Assembly: GCF_011386835.1 (NCBI RefSeq)
Contig: NC_088804.1
Coordinates: forward strand, 30,256,001-30,320,000
Direction of reading: 5' to 3'
Length of the DNA: 64,000 bases
DNA from: Chrysemys picta bellii
Taxonomy: Eukaryota
A program made the translations under genes and the position numbers. Shown in pieces: positions 63,518 to 64,000 of the stretch. Below the pieces are notes generated by a model. The model worked only from the letters and a program-made list of their open reading frames with translations, was not told the origin of the DNA and made no database searches. The number at the start of each line of letters is the position of its first letter. Position 1 is the first letter of the stretch.

Positions 63518-63682
63518 ATGGCACATAATAGACTGGTCTGCTGTGGCCTGTAGTATTTTGATCTAATTTCAGTTGTTGGGCTTGGTGTGCAGGTGCTAGG
63601 TGGTGTTGGTATCCTGTGGATATAGAGAGGGCCAGACTAAGTGATCTGATGTCCCTTCTGGTCTTTAGCTCTATGACTCTAC
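63518..63682 (+). mobile_element. CR1-family 3' UTR fragment (same subfamily as 61288-61520)
   Basis: 'ctaatttcagttgttgggcttggtgtgcaggtgc...gatctgatgtcccttctggtctttagctctatgactcta'. Confidence 0.8.
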
Positions 63683-64000
63683 ACTACCTAAACTTCTTTA
63701 CTGGACCTTTGATGCTGTTATGTCCCATCTCTCTCACCATGTTATTAGTATTTTATATCACAGGCAGTCTTCCCAGTGCATGATGAAAGGATAATGTCCT
63801 GTCCATTCTGACAGACTGTTTTAATGTATGCTGAAGTATCTGAAAAAATCCTACTTTAGACAAATATATATCTCACACTTTTAATTGTCTGGCATTTCCA
63901 GTGTAATTTATTTAAATAAATCAATACTGCTAGATTTTTAACGTAACTGAACCAATCATTTAAAAATTGACAAAATCCTCCTTAATGAAACGGTGAGGTC

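Overview
Vertebrate (not prokaryotic) genomic DNA, most likely a turtle. That call rests on recalled turtle repeat families: a tRNA-derived SINE with a CR1 tail (tortoise Pol III/Cry-type), CR1 3' ends, a GIY-YIG Penelope-like element and Harbinger/hAT/Tigger MITEs. The window is mostly AT-rich intergenic or intronic DNA with many, often nested, transposable elements. Main items: a decayed autonomous PIF/Harbinger with convergent Myb/SANT-like and DDE transposase genes (~26.8-31.0 kb); a 5'-truncated Penelope-like retroelement plus three tiny PLE terminal relics, all centred on a minimal hammerhead ribozyme motif; two solo LTRs; CR1 fragments; several MITEs with exact target-site duplications; and a ~1.1 kb TTAGGG-containing 36-bp minisatellite. 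A CpG-retaining region at ~54-55.9 kb with a strong splice donor looks like the promoter and 5' non-coding exons of an unidentified plus-strand gene. No host protein-coding gene could be named. One speculative spliced 79-aa ORF (37.2-39.4 kb) is flagged. Almost all ORFs in the supplied track are spurious or TE-derived. No CRISPR, rRNA or tRNA genes were seen. Family names come from memory of motifs, not from database searches.
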